IMG/VR virus record: IMGVR_UViG_3300020037_002148
Location: 1 to 64,000 of that record
DNA from: a virus
Taxonomy: Duplodnaviria; Caudoviricetes
DNA length: 64,000 bases
Strand: one strand, 5' to 3'
Part shown: positions 28,501 through 37,411 of the stretch, in pieces
How positions within the stretch are numbered: the first letter of the stretch is position 1
How the letters are laid out: each line of letters opens with the position of its first letter
Notes under the pieces: generated by a model
The model's input: only the letters and a program-made list of their open reading frames with translations
The model's database searches: none
Told to the model about the DNA's origin: nothing
Program-made: the position numbers and the translations under genes

Positions 28501-28870
28501 TGATGAAACAGAAAATAAAATAAGTGGTAAAGGTATAATATTTAAAAAAGCTAGAGGAAATTATTTTTTTAAAAAAGATGATATTACTACTGATATTACT
28601 TCTAATATGACTGATGAACAAGTAGCCATATCAAGATTAGTTAGTACTAGTCTTAGACATGGAGCTTCTATACATTTTATTACAGAACAACTTTCTAAAT
28701 GTGATGGAGATATATTTTCATTTACTAAATCATTAGCAAGAGTGTTGAAGAAATATATTCCTGAAGGAACTAAGTCTACAATAACTTGTAATGATTGTGG
28801 TTCTGATGATGTAATATTTGAAGAAGGATGCTCCAAATGCAGATCATGTGGCAGCTCTAAATGCGGCTAA
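25523..28870 (+). CDS. nrdJ: Class II (B12-dependent) ribonucleotide reductase with intein and C-terminal Zn ribbon
   Basis: SNCFV, GGVGLDLS.LRP, GANIS, AEPG, TNP|CGE, APTGT and SGIEP motifs; terminal CxxC...CxxCxxC. Confidence 0.9.
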   Translation: MIEESLEKEMFNGDQLAISVWKSKYAAEGETHYNQMHKRLAKEFARIEDRYVKEERFNHELNLSKYGQDRERLTYESIYELFKDFKYIIPQGSIMSNLGNKAITSLSNCFVIGQPSDSYGGICKKDEEMVQLMKRRGGVGLDLSTLRPAKTLVSNAAKTSTGVVSFMHRYSNSTREVAQDGRRGALMLSIHINHPDSLDFIKIKRDLSQVTGANISIKISEEFMKAVEDDDDYWLRFPCDNKKVIMWDTSWEYNKNYECLDEESQVVIAKRIKAKEYWNEIIKSAHGSAEPGIIFEDNHHNYSPDGVYPQFKGITTNPCFHPDTLIETVNGRIKIKDLDYHSFVYSKDEDGSLCIKRASPSFISKTNAETIKITLKSGNFIQITPEHKLYVQNKNWMGWKEAKDLKIGDSIAHLCRSRRGAKYSGVHLTTSPSRQLDQVMEHRLVYESCNKFTTNDIHHIDGNTFNNKISNLEELTHEEHAKHTAINQNPQTHQVKDKLGRFISGENSKKGAKTIINIPDELKTNMLSQHHNRIISIEKGETTDVYDIQVEDTHCLIANNMVAHNCGEIFMQEYDACRLIAVNYFSFVDKPFTKEAKFDFEKFYKINYEAMRLSDDLIDLELEHIDRILRKILEDPEPFEDRRTEFELWTKIKETATASRRTGLGFTALGDTLAALGLKYDSDESLKIIDKIMHTKMGSELDCTIDLAILRGTFQGWDSNQEYNINSQYDEYDIEHLNIKGKNDFYTFIANKYPNQAEKMIKYGRRNISFSTVAPTGTVSIMSASTSGIEPLFSPYYFRRKKINPNDEGVRVDFTDQNGDKWQEFPVLHPKFKDWYIIKAQCEHCTHVALEALERASKEQLKEIFEMSPYYQSTANDIDWVKRVEIQSVIQKYITHSISSTINLPNTVTEAEVSEIYMESWKKGLKGITVYRDGSRSGVLITESTKDKQTFEYKDAVKRPRELDADVHNITLKGVHYKVIIGLLDDKPYEVFFDETENKISGKGIIFKKARGNYFFKKDDITTDITSNMTDEQVAISRLVSTSLRHGASIHFITEQLSKCDGDIFSFTKSLARVLKKYIPEGTKSTITCNDCGSDDVIFEEGCSKCRSCGSSKCG
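26477..27217 (+). mobile_element. Intein (247 aa) with HNH endonuclease, inserted before the catalytic Cys
   Basis: Begins CFHPDTL, block B TPEH, ends VAHN followed by C. HNH region EHRLV...IHHIDGNTFNNKISNL. Confidence 0.92.
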
Positions 28871-29063
28871 AAATATAGTACCAATTTAATCCTCTTGTTC
28901 ACCTAATAAAATTTGAAATAAAATATGAAGGTTTAAGTAATAATGAAAGTTGAGTGCCTTAGACAGGAAGTACTACTGATTCTAAGTAACTATACAAGAT
29001 TATTTCATCAGTTAGATTTTATCTAATAATAGTGCTTGTATTAACCCACATAGTTAAAGTCGT

Positions 29064-29315
29064 GTGGTATTAATTTTTTTAAATAAAATTATGATAATAT
29101 ATTTAAATAAACAGTATGGATTAAATGGTGAAACAATAAAATTCTTTCCATATTGTAAAGATAAAGTTGAAGAAGGTCATTATATAGTATATGGTGATTA
29201 TACTTTAGCTTGTATAAAAGAAAATGAATTTACTTTGGTAACTGATAATCCAAATGATTCTATACTTGGTTCTGATTTATTAAACAATGAATGGAAATTA
29301 TGGAAAAAGCTGTAA
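29064..29315 (+). CDS. Hypothetical protein (likely start at ATG 29091)
   Basis: ORF track. Confidence 0.55.
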   Translation: MVLIFLNKIMIIYLNKQYGLNGETIKFFPYCKDKVEEGHYIVYGDYTLACIKENEFTLVTDNPNDSILGSDLLNNEWKLWKKL

Positions 29316-30544
29316 ACATAGTAACAATAAAAGCAAAAATACCTTTATTTAAAGGTGATGATAAAGCTGAAAGAATAGAACTTATTCAATTAGAAGAAAA
29401 TGGTTTTGAATTAGTTTCTCAAAAAGATTTATACCAAGTAGGAGATAAAGCAATTTACTGTCAACCTGACTATTGTCTTAGTGATATACCTTTATTTGAA
29501 AGTTTTATAAGACCTAATAATAAGGATGGTAATCCTGATGAAAGTAAATCAATGCTCGGAAAAGTACGTGGATTACCAAGAAGAATCAGAGCTAAGAAAT
29601 TTAACTTTCACAAAGGAGATGGAATTTCTGTTTATAGTAATGGTATTCTACTTCCTATAAAAGAAGTAATGAATTATTTAAATATTCCTTTTAATAAAGA
29701 AGATAAAATATTTGATGTTGATTCTAATTTAACACAATTATTAAATATTACTAAATATGAAGAACCTGAAAGTAATTCAGGTCCTGGAGTAAAAGGTGGT
29801 AGTTCAATGGCTTTTCCACAAGGTATTATCAGAACAGATGAAGAGAATTTTAATAATTTAATTCATCATGTAGAGAAATTATTACCTTGTAGATTAATTG
29901 GAAGACAAAAGATTGATGGAAGTTCTATTACTCTTTGGTATAAAGATGGTAAATATGGAATTGCTTCAAGAAATTTAGGTAAACCATTAACTATTACAAA
30001 AGTTACAGGAAGAAGAAAACCTACTTTATGGGAACAATTTTTATCTATAAAAATAAATTCTATTATATTTTCTATGATTGGTTTTAATACTAAAATAGAT
30101 TTAAATATTTATAGTGAAGTAGAATCTGATAGTGATTTTGTTAAATATGGTAAACCTTATTTAAATAAATTAATTGAACATTGCGATGAATATAAAGTTA
30201 ATTTAGTACTACAGGGTGAACTTTGTGGTCAAGGTATGAAAGGAAGTGGGAATAAAAATAATCCTACTGCTAAAGAACCAACTGATATAATTTTCTTTAA
30301 TGTTTGTAAATATGAAAATCAATCTGTTAAATTATCTGAAGAAGATTTTGATTTATATTCTAATTCTTTAGAATTTAAAACACCAAAACTATATTTTGAT
30401 AGAGTATTTAATACTATAGAAGAAGTAAAACAAGAATGTGAATCTATCTTTAAATCTGAATTAATTGAAGGTATAGTTATTAGAGATGAAAATCACTCTT
30501 TCTCATGTAAAATGATGTCAAATGAATATGATTCAAAAAAATAA
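29291..30544 (+). CDS. RNA ligase, DRB0094/Rnl5-like
   Basis: N-terminal OB-like module; KIDGSS, QGELCG, EGIV and terminal K motifs. Confidence 0.85.
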   Translation: MEIMEKAVNIVTIKAKIPLFKGDDKAERIELIQLEENGFELVSQKDLYQVGDKAIYCQPDYCLSDIPLFESFIRPNNKDGNPDESKSMLGKVRGLPRRIRAKKFNFHKGDGISVYSNGILLPIKEVMNYLNIPFNKEDKIFDVDSNLTQLLNITKYEEPESNSGPGVKGGSSMAFPQGIIRTDEENFNNLIHHVEKLLPCRLIGRQKIDGSSITLWYKDGKYGIASRNLGKPLTITKVTGRRKPTLWEQFLSIKINSIIFSMIGFNTKIDLNIYSEVESDSDFVKYGKPYLNKLIEHCDEYKVNLVLQGELCGQGMKGSGNKNNPTAKEPTDIIFFNVCKYENQSVKLSEEDFDLYSNSLEFKTPKLYFDRVFNTIEEVKQECESIFKSELIEGIVIRDENHSFSCKMMSNEYDSKK

Positions 30545-31562
30545 AATAATTATATTAATCTTATTGCTATTTTCAATAAATAGTTTTAGTTGTCCTAAAA
30601 TAAAAGGAATATTAATTGATGCTTGTGGTACAAAAGAAGAATTAAATGAATGGATGGTATTAACAACAGATACAGCTATTATAGTTAATAATCTTAGAAT
30701 AGATTATGATGCTAATAACAATAGTGGTGGAACTGTAAATGCTGATATTACAAGTGGAGGATGTTCTTGGAGAGTTCCAAGAACTTCTTCTATTGATTCT
30801 CTTAAAATAAATAGTTTATATAATTCTAATATAATATCTATAAGTCCTGGAGGAACTATTCCTGCAAATTCTACTATTTTAGTATTAACTTCTGATAGTA
30901 TGAATTTTGCATATAATATTACTAATCTTACTCAATATGGAAATGTTTATGTTATTCAAAGTTCATGTAAAAGAAATACAGGAGCATTTACTAATTTAGG
31001 AAATGGAGCTAATTATAGATTAACTAAAATTATTTATAATACTTGTAGAGATAGTGTATGGCATTACATAGGAAACAGTGCTGTAAATGGACACTATGGT
31101 GTTAGAAATAGAGATACTATGAGAATTAGTTATGGTAATATTTTTACTTCTTCTTGTAATGAGTATATGATTCTTCCAATAGAATTAGTTTCTTTTATTG
31201 TAAATTGTGATCTAATAGAATTTATAACAGCTAGTGAGAATAATGTCAGAATGTTTTATATTGAAACATCTTTTAATACTATAGACTGGATAGTGATAGA
31301 TTCTTTACCACCAAGAAATTATAATAATACTCTAACTAATTATAGTGTTACAAATCCACATTTAGGACAATATTTTAGAATTAGAGAAGAAAATTTTGAT
31401 AATATTTTTTATTCTACAATGTATTATACTAAATGTGAACAGGATATAAAAGAGTATAAATTATATAATTTCTTAGGACAACAAGTAAATGAAAAAGACA
31501 ATCTTCCAAAAGGTGTATATATAAAGAGATTTAAAAATGAAAGTATAAAAGTAATTAAATGA
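30522..31562 (+). CDS. Secreted protein with signal peptide and a type IX secretion (type A) C-terminal domain
   Basis: Signal peptide ...ILLLFSINSFS; LPIELVSF module; C-terminus YKLYNFLGQQV...LPKGVYIKR...KVIK. Confidence 0.75.
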   Translation: MNMIQKNKIIILILLLFSINSFSCPKIKGILIDACGTKEELNEWMVLTTDTAIIVNNLRIDYDANNNSGGTVNADITSGGCSWRVPRTSSIDSLKINSLYNSNIISISPGGTIPANSTILVLTSDSMNFAYNITNLTQYGNVYVIQSSCKRNTGAFTNLGNGANYRLTKIIYNTCRDSVWHYIGNSAVNGHYGVRNRDTMRISYGNIFTSSCNEYMILPIELVSFIVNCDLIEFITASENNVRMFYIETSFNTIDWIVIDSLPPRNYNNTLTNYSVTNPHLGQYFRIREENFDNIFYSTMYYTKCEQDIKEYKLYNFLGQQVNEKDNLPKGVYIKRFKNESIKVIK

Positions 31563-31885
31563 CATCAGAAGAACAAATAAAACATGTAGTAAAATTAGAT
31601 AGTGATTTATTAGATATTATAGAATCTAAGTCAAATGATTATGCAGACGCAGATGTATTATCAAACTTTAAAATAGTTTCTGAAATAGTTAAATTAGCTA
31701 AAATAGATGCTACATTACCTGAAGGTTATGCTATGTTAATGGTTATACTTAAAATAGTTAGAATTTGGAATTTAAAATCAAGTGGTAAAACACCAGAGAA
31801 TGAATCATTATTAGATAGTTATAAAGATTTAATAAATTATTGTAAATTATCTTACTTATGTGAGATGGAAAGTAAATGTAATTAA
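31559..31885 (+). CDS. DUF1599/Nmad1-like protein
   Basis: K.NDYA..DVLSNF...K..R...DS..D..NY pattern. Confidence 0.6.
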   Translation: MTSEEQIKHVVKLDSDLLDIIESKSNDYADADVLSNFKIVSEIVKLAKIDATLPEGYAMLMVILKIVRIWNLKSSGKTPENESLLDSYKDLINYCKLSYLCEMESKCN

Positions 31886-31887
31886 TT

Positions 31888-32943
31888 ATGATATTGTATA
31901 AAAAAGATAGTAAAGAAAAAATTAGATTTCTTGAAATTAAAACAGAAGGTTCTGATTTAATTCAAATTTCTGGTATAATTGGGACTGATAATCCTGTAGA
32001 ACATAGAAAAACTTGTAAATCTAAAAATATCGGTAAATCTAATGAAACTAAATCAAGAGAACAAGCTATATTTGAAATGGAATCTAAAATAAAAGAAAAA
32101 CTTACAAAAAATTATTTTTATACTATTAAAGAATGTGAAACTGAAGAAGTAATACTCCCTATGTTAACTAAATCTTATGATGATGAAAAACATAAAATAG
32201 ATTGGAATAATTGTTTTATACAACCTAAATTAGATGGAATGCGTTGTTTAGCTCATATTAAATCTAATGGTGATGTTACATTAATTAGTAGAGATGGTAA
32301 AATTATTAGTAATATGGAACATATTATGGATGATTTATCAACTATTAAACAAGATGTTATTTTAGATGGGGAATTATATGCTCACGGATTAACTTTTCAA
32401 GAAAATATGAAGTTAATTAAAAAATGGAGGAAAGAAACTCCTGATTTAATTAAATTCCATGTTTATGATTTAATTAATGATAAACCTTTTAAAGATAGAA
32501 AAGTTAGAGAATTTATTAAAAATTTATCTACATGTAAAGAAGTTTCTACTTATGAAATTATTAATAAAGAAAAATTAGATTATTTTCATGCTATTAATAT
32601 ATCAGAAGGATTTGAAGGTAGTATAATAAGATGGGGGAATGAAGGATATAAAATGAATGGTAGAAGTTCTAATCTTTTAAAATTTAAAGATTTTAAAGAT
32701 ATGGATTTAGAAATATTTCAAATAACTTCAAATGATGCAAATCCTTTACATGGTACTCCTCATTTTAATTTAAAAGGTAAAGCATTTAAAGCTGGTGTTA
32801 AAATGTCTCATGAAGATAGAGAAGATTTATTAACTAATAAAGATAAATATATTGGTAAAATAGCTAACATAAGATATTTTGAATTAACAGATGAAGGTAT
32901 TCCGAGATTCCCAGTAATGATTGGAATTCATTCAGATAGATAA
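31888..32943 (+). CDS. lig: ATP-dependent DNA ligase
   Basis: QPKLDGMR, DGELY, EGSIIR, KFK and RFPV motifs. Confidence 0.92.
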   Translation: MILYKKDSKEKIRFLEIKTEGSDLIQISGIIGTDNPVEHRKTCKSKNIGKSNETKSREQAIFEMESKIKEKLTKNYFYTIKECETEEVILPMLTKSYDDEKHKIDWNNCFIQPKLDGMRCLAHIKSNGDVTLISRDGKIISNMEHIMDDLSTIKQDVILDGELYAHGLTFQENMKLIKKWRKETPDLIKFHVYDLINDKPFKDRKVREFIKNLSTCKEVSTYEIINKEKLDYFHAINISEGFEGSIIRWGNEGYKMNGRSSNLLKFKDFKDMDLEIFQITSNDANPLHGTPHFNLKGKAFKAGVKMSHEDREDLLTNKDKYIGKIANIRYFELTDEGIPRFPVMIGIHSDR

Positions 32944-32959
32944 AAAATAAATAAATAAA

Positions 32960-33736
32960 ATGAATAAAGAAAGGATATATAAAGTGGTATCAATAACTAT
33001 TATAGTAATATTAGTATTATTGAATTTAAAATCTTGTAAAAATACACAGGACACTAAAAAAGATTATGTAAATACGATTAATGCTTTACAAGATACAATG
33101 ACTACTTATTATAATAAAGATGGAATGCAAGTAGCTAAAATATCTGCAATTGAAACAGAAAAAGCAAGTATGTTTTTAGATATAAAATCTAAAGATGCTG
33201 TTATAATCAAACTTCAGGAAGAAGTAAAGAAGAATAAAAATAGGATAGGTAAGTCTGGTTCAGTTACAGTTATAACAAATACTACAGAATTAAATACTGT
33301 AGATACTACTTATGTTACATCAAAAGATACTATAGTTAGAAATGATACTGTCTTTGTATATCCTGAATATTCATCTTTTATTAGAAAAGGTTTAAGAATA
33401 GATTCTTCTTATTGGATAGAAGCTAATGTAAAAGCAAATAGAGATAGTACAAGTTTTGAGCTTGGAATTCAAAATAGTTATACTATTGTATTAGGCAGAG
33501 AAAAAGCTAAGAGTTTTAAGGGTTTATTTAAACCTAAGATAGCTTTTGCAGAAGTTACAAATGAAAACCCTTATACTACCACTAAAACTATAAGAGCTTA
33601 TCAAGTAAAAGTTCCTAGACCTAAAAGATTAGGAATAGGAGTGAATGTAGGATATGGAATCATCCTTGATAAAAAGCCTGTATTTAGACCTTACATTGGA
33701 ATTGGATTACAATATAATATAATAGAGATATTTTAA
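32960..33736 (+). CDS. Probable spanin-like lysis protein
   Basis: N-terminal TM helix, coiled coil, and C-terminal amphipathic beta hairpin GIGVNVGYG...YIGIGLQYN. Confidence 0.55.
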   Translation: MNKERIYKVVSITIIVILVLLNLKSCKNTQDTKKDYVNTINALQDTMTTYYNKDGMQVAKISAIETEKASMFLDIKSKDAVIIKLQEEVKKNKNRIGKSGSVTVITNTTELNTVDTTYVTSKDTIVRNDTVFVYPEYSSFIRKGLRIDSSYWIEANVKANRDSTSFELGIQNSYTIVLGREKAKSFKGLFKPKIAFAEVTNENPYTTTKTIRAYQVKVPRPKRLGIGVNVGYGIILDKKPVFRPYIGIGLQYNIIEIF

Positions 33737-34836
33737 TGGAAAATTTATTATCTAAAGAAGAATTTATTGTAGATTGTATTAATAAGTCAAATGGAGAAAG
33801 ACAAGAAGTATATAAATGGTTAGTTGAAGAAAGAAATTACAGTAGTGCATATTATCTAAGAAATACTTATCCTGTTATAGTTTGTAATTTATCAAGTGGT
33901 GATAGTAATTTTACTAGTTTATTAGATGCTCTTAATAATTATCCAAACTATCCAGTATATACATTTGAACAATTTAAAAATAAAATAAATCAAAAACAAG
34001 AATTTAAAGGAATGAAAAAAACAATGTTAGATGTCTTAGAAAAGACATATGAAAATCCAATACTTAGAAAAAGTACAGTGCCCTTATTCATGTCAAATCC
34101 TGGAATTGGTAAAACAACTATCATTAGAGAATTTGCAGAAAGTAAGGGTGTAAAAATGCTTAAAATGACTCTTAGTCAAAGAATGCCTAATGAAGTAGTA
34201 GGTATGATGATGCCTAATATGAAATCAGGTAAACTTGAAGTATTTGATAGTTATGAACTATCATCTTTAAAAGATGGAGATATTTTATTTATTGATGAAG
34301 TATTTAATGGTACTTTAAAACAAACTTTAGATGCTTTTTTAAATCTTTTAGAAGATAGAACTTTACCAAGTGGTAAAAAAATGGCTGATATAATGATTGT
34401 AGGAGCTTCTAATCCACAAGGATTAATTAATCTCACACCTCAAATTAAAGAAAGATTTATTAGATATGATCCAAAATTCTCAAGAGAAGAGTATCAAGAA
34501 TATCTTGGTTTAAAATATGGAATGCCTGAAAGTATATCACTTAATTTGTGTACATTAATTCGAAAAGAAAAATTTGAAGATGGTTGGAATTTTCATACAC
34601 CAAGATCTATTGAAAAAGCAATTAATCAAATTGGTTGTGAATTAGAAAGTGCTCTTGATGAAGTTTTACTTCCATATTTAAAACAAGAAATACAACTTGA
34701 AAAAGACTATAAAGATTTAAATTATAAAAAAGGAGAAAATATAGAATATTTAACTATATTAAAACATTTTTGTAAAATATTTAATAAAAAATCTATAAGT
34801 ACTTTAATTAAAACAGAGTTAGAAAATGCTCAATAA
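33736..34836 (+). CDS. MoxR-like AAA+ ATPase with an extra 92-aa N-terminal domain (internal ATG 34012)
   Basis: SNPGIGKT, FIDE, ASNP and R-finger ERF motifs. Confidence 0.85.
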   Translation: MENLLSKEEFIVDCINKSNGERQEVYKWLVEERNYSSAYYLRNTYPVIVCNLSSGDSNFTSLLDALNNYPNYPVYTFEQFKNKINQKQEFKGMKKTMLDVLEKTYENPILRKSTVPLFMSNPGIGKTTIIREFAESKGVKMLKMTLSQRMPNEVVGMMMPNMKSGKLEVFDSYELSSLKDGDILFIDEVFNGTLKQTLDAFLNLLEDRTLPSGKKMADIMIVGASNPQGLINLTPQIKERFIRYDPKFSREEYQEYLGLKYGMPESISLNLCTLIRKEKFEDGWNFHTPRSIEKAINQIGCELESALDEVLLPYLKQEIQLEKDYKDLNYKKGENIEYLTILKHFCKIFNKKSISTLIKTELENAQ

Positions 34837-34846
34837 AAAATAAAAA

Positions 34847-35788
34847 ATGTTACAAAAAATAATATCAAAAAAAGTAGAATTACCTCCTATCTGGTTAGTT
34901 GAAAATGAAGCTGACTTTAATGAGTTACCTAAAGGATTACCTTATATAATAGGTAGTAAAAAAGAATTATCATTTATTACAATCTTTTTAGAGTTTCAAC
35001 TTTTAATGAGATCTTGTAAAAAAACAAAATTATCAATTGATTGGTTATCTTGTTTAGAAAAATTAGGGTATAAAAGAATTAGAACTTATAGTTTAAATTC
35101 AGGTGGTACTTTTGAAGGAGGTAATCCTGTAGATAATAGTCCTATACCATTAGATTCTTTTATAGAAGATCAATATTTAGTAGATTTTGATAAATTAACT
35201 GAATTGAAAATTTTACCTTCTTGGTTAGAAGATTTAAGAACTTCTATTGAAACTAATATAATTGATGAAGTGACTTTTAATCCAAGTAGTTTTAACAAAC
35301 AATTAGGAATGAATATTGGAGGTGCTGATTTAAAGCACAACAAGAAAAATTTATTAATACTAGATGTATCAGGTAGTATTCCTGATGGAATTGTAAAAAC
35401 AATTACAAATTTAGCAAAATTAATGTCTAAAAAGTTTTTTGCAGATGTAATTATTACAGGTGGTCAATCATATATTGTAAATTATGAAGATGTACAAAAT
35501 TCAGATTTCGTTGCACTAGCTGCAAAAGCAGGTAGAAATAATGAAGGTGAAATGTTTAAAAAAATCTTAAATGAAATTAAAGATTATAATAGTGTAATTT
35601 GTTTTGGTGATGATGATAATCCTGGTAGATTTGACAAATCAAGTCAAAATATTAAATGTAATTTCACTTGTGAAACTCTTTATTCATTACATACAAGTAG
35701 CTCATCATCATTAGCAGGTTATTGTAGAGAATTAAAACCTACAAAATCAACAATCCATGTAAAAGATTGGGTTACTACTATTAAATAG
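34847..35788 (+). CDS. vWA-domain protein (partner of the AAA+ ATPase)
   Basis: MIDAS LILDVSGS, later FGD; adjacent to the AAA gene. Confidence 0.8.
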   Translation: MLQKIISKKVELPPIWLVENEADFNELPKGLPYIIGSKKELSFITIFLEFQLLMRSCKKTKLSIDWLSCLEKLGYKRIRTYSLNSGGTFEGGNPVDNSPIPLDSFIEDQYLVDFDKLTELKILPSWLEDLRTSIETNIIDEVTFNPSSFNKQLGMNIGGADLKHNKKNLLILDVSGSIPDGIVKTITNLAKLMSKKFFADVIITGGQSYIVNYEDVQNSDFVALAAKAGRNNEGEMFKKILNEIKDYNSVICFGDDDNPGRFDKSSQNIKCNFTCETLYSLHTSSSSSLAGYCRELKPTKSTIHVKDWVTTIK

Positions 35789-35830
35789 AAACACAAAAAC
35801 CCTATTAATTAATTAAAATAAATAAATAAA

Positions 35831-36322
35831 ATGAACGAATTTTTGAAATCAAGTGAGCTGTCACTTAATCCAGCAAATTACTTAGTAAGTACAAAAACAG
35901 ACAAACCAGTAACACATGTAGCTTTTGTAGAACAACAAAAACGTGCTCATTATGTTGTAAAATTATCAGCAGCATTAGAAGGTAAAAACTTTAAAGCATG
36001 TAAAGTAGATGATTTAGATGCTATTGTAAAAGCAGTACAAGCAGAAATTGATGCTACAGATGTGAAAAATTATGTTACAGCACCAAGTAAACCTACAAGT
36101 GCTGTACAAGAAGAATTAGTAAAATTTGCTCTTGACTTTGCTTCTTATGGAGAAGATAAAGCAAAAGCTGATAGAATTAATACTTTTATGCAATCATTTA
36201 ATGCAATTAGTGGTGTCGAAGAAGTAGGTGATTATTTTTCTGAAGGTTTAGTTAAATTGAATAAAATTTATACTATTTCTGAAGTATTGGAAGCAGTGAA
36301 AATTAACATCGACAAATTGTAA
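35831..36322 (+). CDS. Hypothetical helical protein
   Basis: ORF track. Confidence 0.75.
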   Translation: MNEFLKSSELSLNPANYLVSTKTDKPVTHVAFVEQQKRAHYVVKLSAALEGKNFKACKVDDLDAIVKAVQAEIDATDVKNYVTAPSKPTSAVQEELVKFALDFASYGEDKAKADRINTFMQSFNAISGVEEVGDYFSEGLVKLNKIYTISEVLEAVKINIDKL

Positions 36323-36326
36323 GAAT

Positions 36327-36646
36327 AAATTAGACTCTAACTAAGAATAACCGAGATAACTTAGTGAATGGATAGACAAGCTCTGTTGCTGGTAAAACCG
36401 TTAAACAATCTTCTCAGATTTTGCAACACTCTCCAAGAGTCTAATTTTTAATAACAGGTGTCTAATTTCGGCAGTAGATTAAATGTTGTGTCAACAACAG
36501 CCTGTTTAATTTTTAAATTAAATAAAAATACCTGCCAACAGGTTTATAAAAAAGGATCTTCGCAACCGAGAATATCTATAATTGATGAAAAGCATGTATA
36601 TAAGCGAGGTTAGAAACTCTCATGCATAAAATAGAGTGATATAGAT
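36327..36646 (+). ncRNA. Cluster of structured RNA elements
   Basis: 12-bp perfect stem 36327-38/36436-47 enclosing a multibranch; three-way junction 36453-36506; hairpin 36530-43; nested stems 36574-36646. Confidence 0.55.
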
Positions 36647-36672
36647 TAAATTTTTTATTTTAAAATTAAACA

Positions 36673-37410
36673 ATGAAAGAACAAATAGATAATGCAATAG
36701 AACTATTAAAAAAACAAGATGTAAATGGATGTATAACAGGTTCAGTGTTATTAGATTACTTTGAAGGAGCAGATATAGATTTATTTATGTATGATAAAAG
36801 TAGTTTTAATAAATTACTATTTTTCATGCATTATAATCCAATGTTTACAATACTTGATCCATTAGAATTACATAAATTCAATGAATATATAAATGATGAT
36901 AAATCTTCATTAGAATCTATAGGACTTATAACTATAAAATTTAAATACAATCTCTGCATTGATGTAAATGTTGTATTTAAGAAATTTCATAAAAATATAT
37001 TTGATGTACTTTCTAACTTCGATTTAGATATTATTGCAAATGGTTATGATATTAAAAGTAAACAATATTTAATATTAAGAGAATCAAAAGGTTTAATTGG
37101 TACATGGAATAAATGGAACACATCTTACTATAAATCAGATTTATGGTCTTGTAAAAGACTTTTAAGACAATTTTCAAGAGTAGTTAAATATACAGAGAGA
37201 GGATATAATCTTGATGAAGTTACAGATAAATATATTTCTTTAATTGAAGATATTCTAGCTAAAGATAATGTTTATAAATCAGAGAAAGGAACTTTATTTT
37301 ATGATAAAACTCAGAAAGAATTTGAGATAGTATTAAAAATACTTCAACTTTGGAAGAAAGATAAAGTGATGAGTAAAGAAAATTTATTGGTAATGCAAAC
37401 ACTTATATAA
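36673..37410 (+). CDS. Pol-beta-superfamily nucleotidyltransferase (CCA/poly(A) polymerase head-like)
   Basis: ITGS...DIDLF, FDLDI, and R..KY..RGY motifs. Confidence 0.75.
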   Translation: MKEQIDNAIELLKKQDVNGCITGSVLLDYFEGADIDLFMYDKSSFNKLLFFMHYNPMFTILDPLELHKFNEYINDDKSSLESIGLITIKFKYNLCIDVNVVFKKFHKNIFDVLSNFDLDIIANGYDIKSKQYLILRESKGLIGTWNKWNTSYYKSDLWSCKRLLRQFSRVVKYTERGYNLDEVTDKYISLIEDILAKDNVYKSEKGTLFYDKTQKEFEIVLKILQLWKKDKVMSKENLLVMQTLI

Positions 37411-37411
37411 T

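Noticed and set aside
28871-29063. Hairpins after nrdJ as a cobalamin riboswitch or ncRNA
   Set aside because: Downstream of the gene, no B12-box recognisable, and stems are short and AT-rich.
30522-30600. Lipoprotein signal (…SFS-C) in the T9SS-type protein
   Set aside because: The residues before the Cys do not fit the lipobox well; a signal peptidase I site is more consistent with the CTD, but a predictor is needed.
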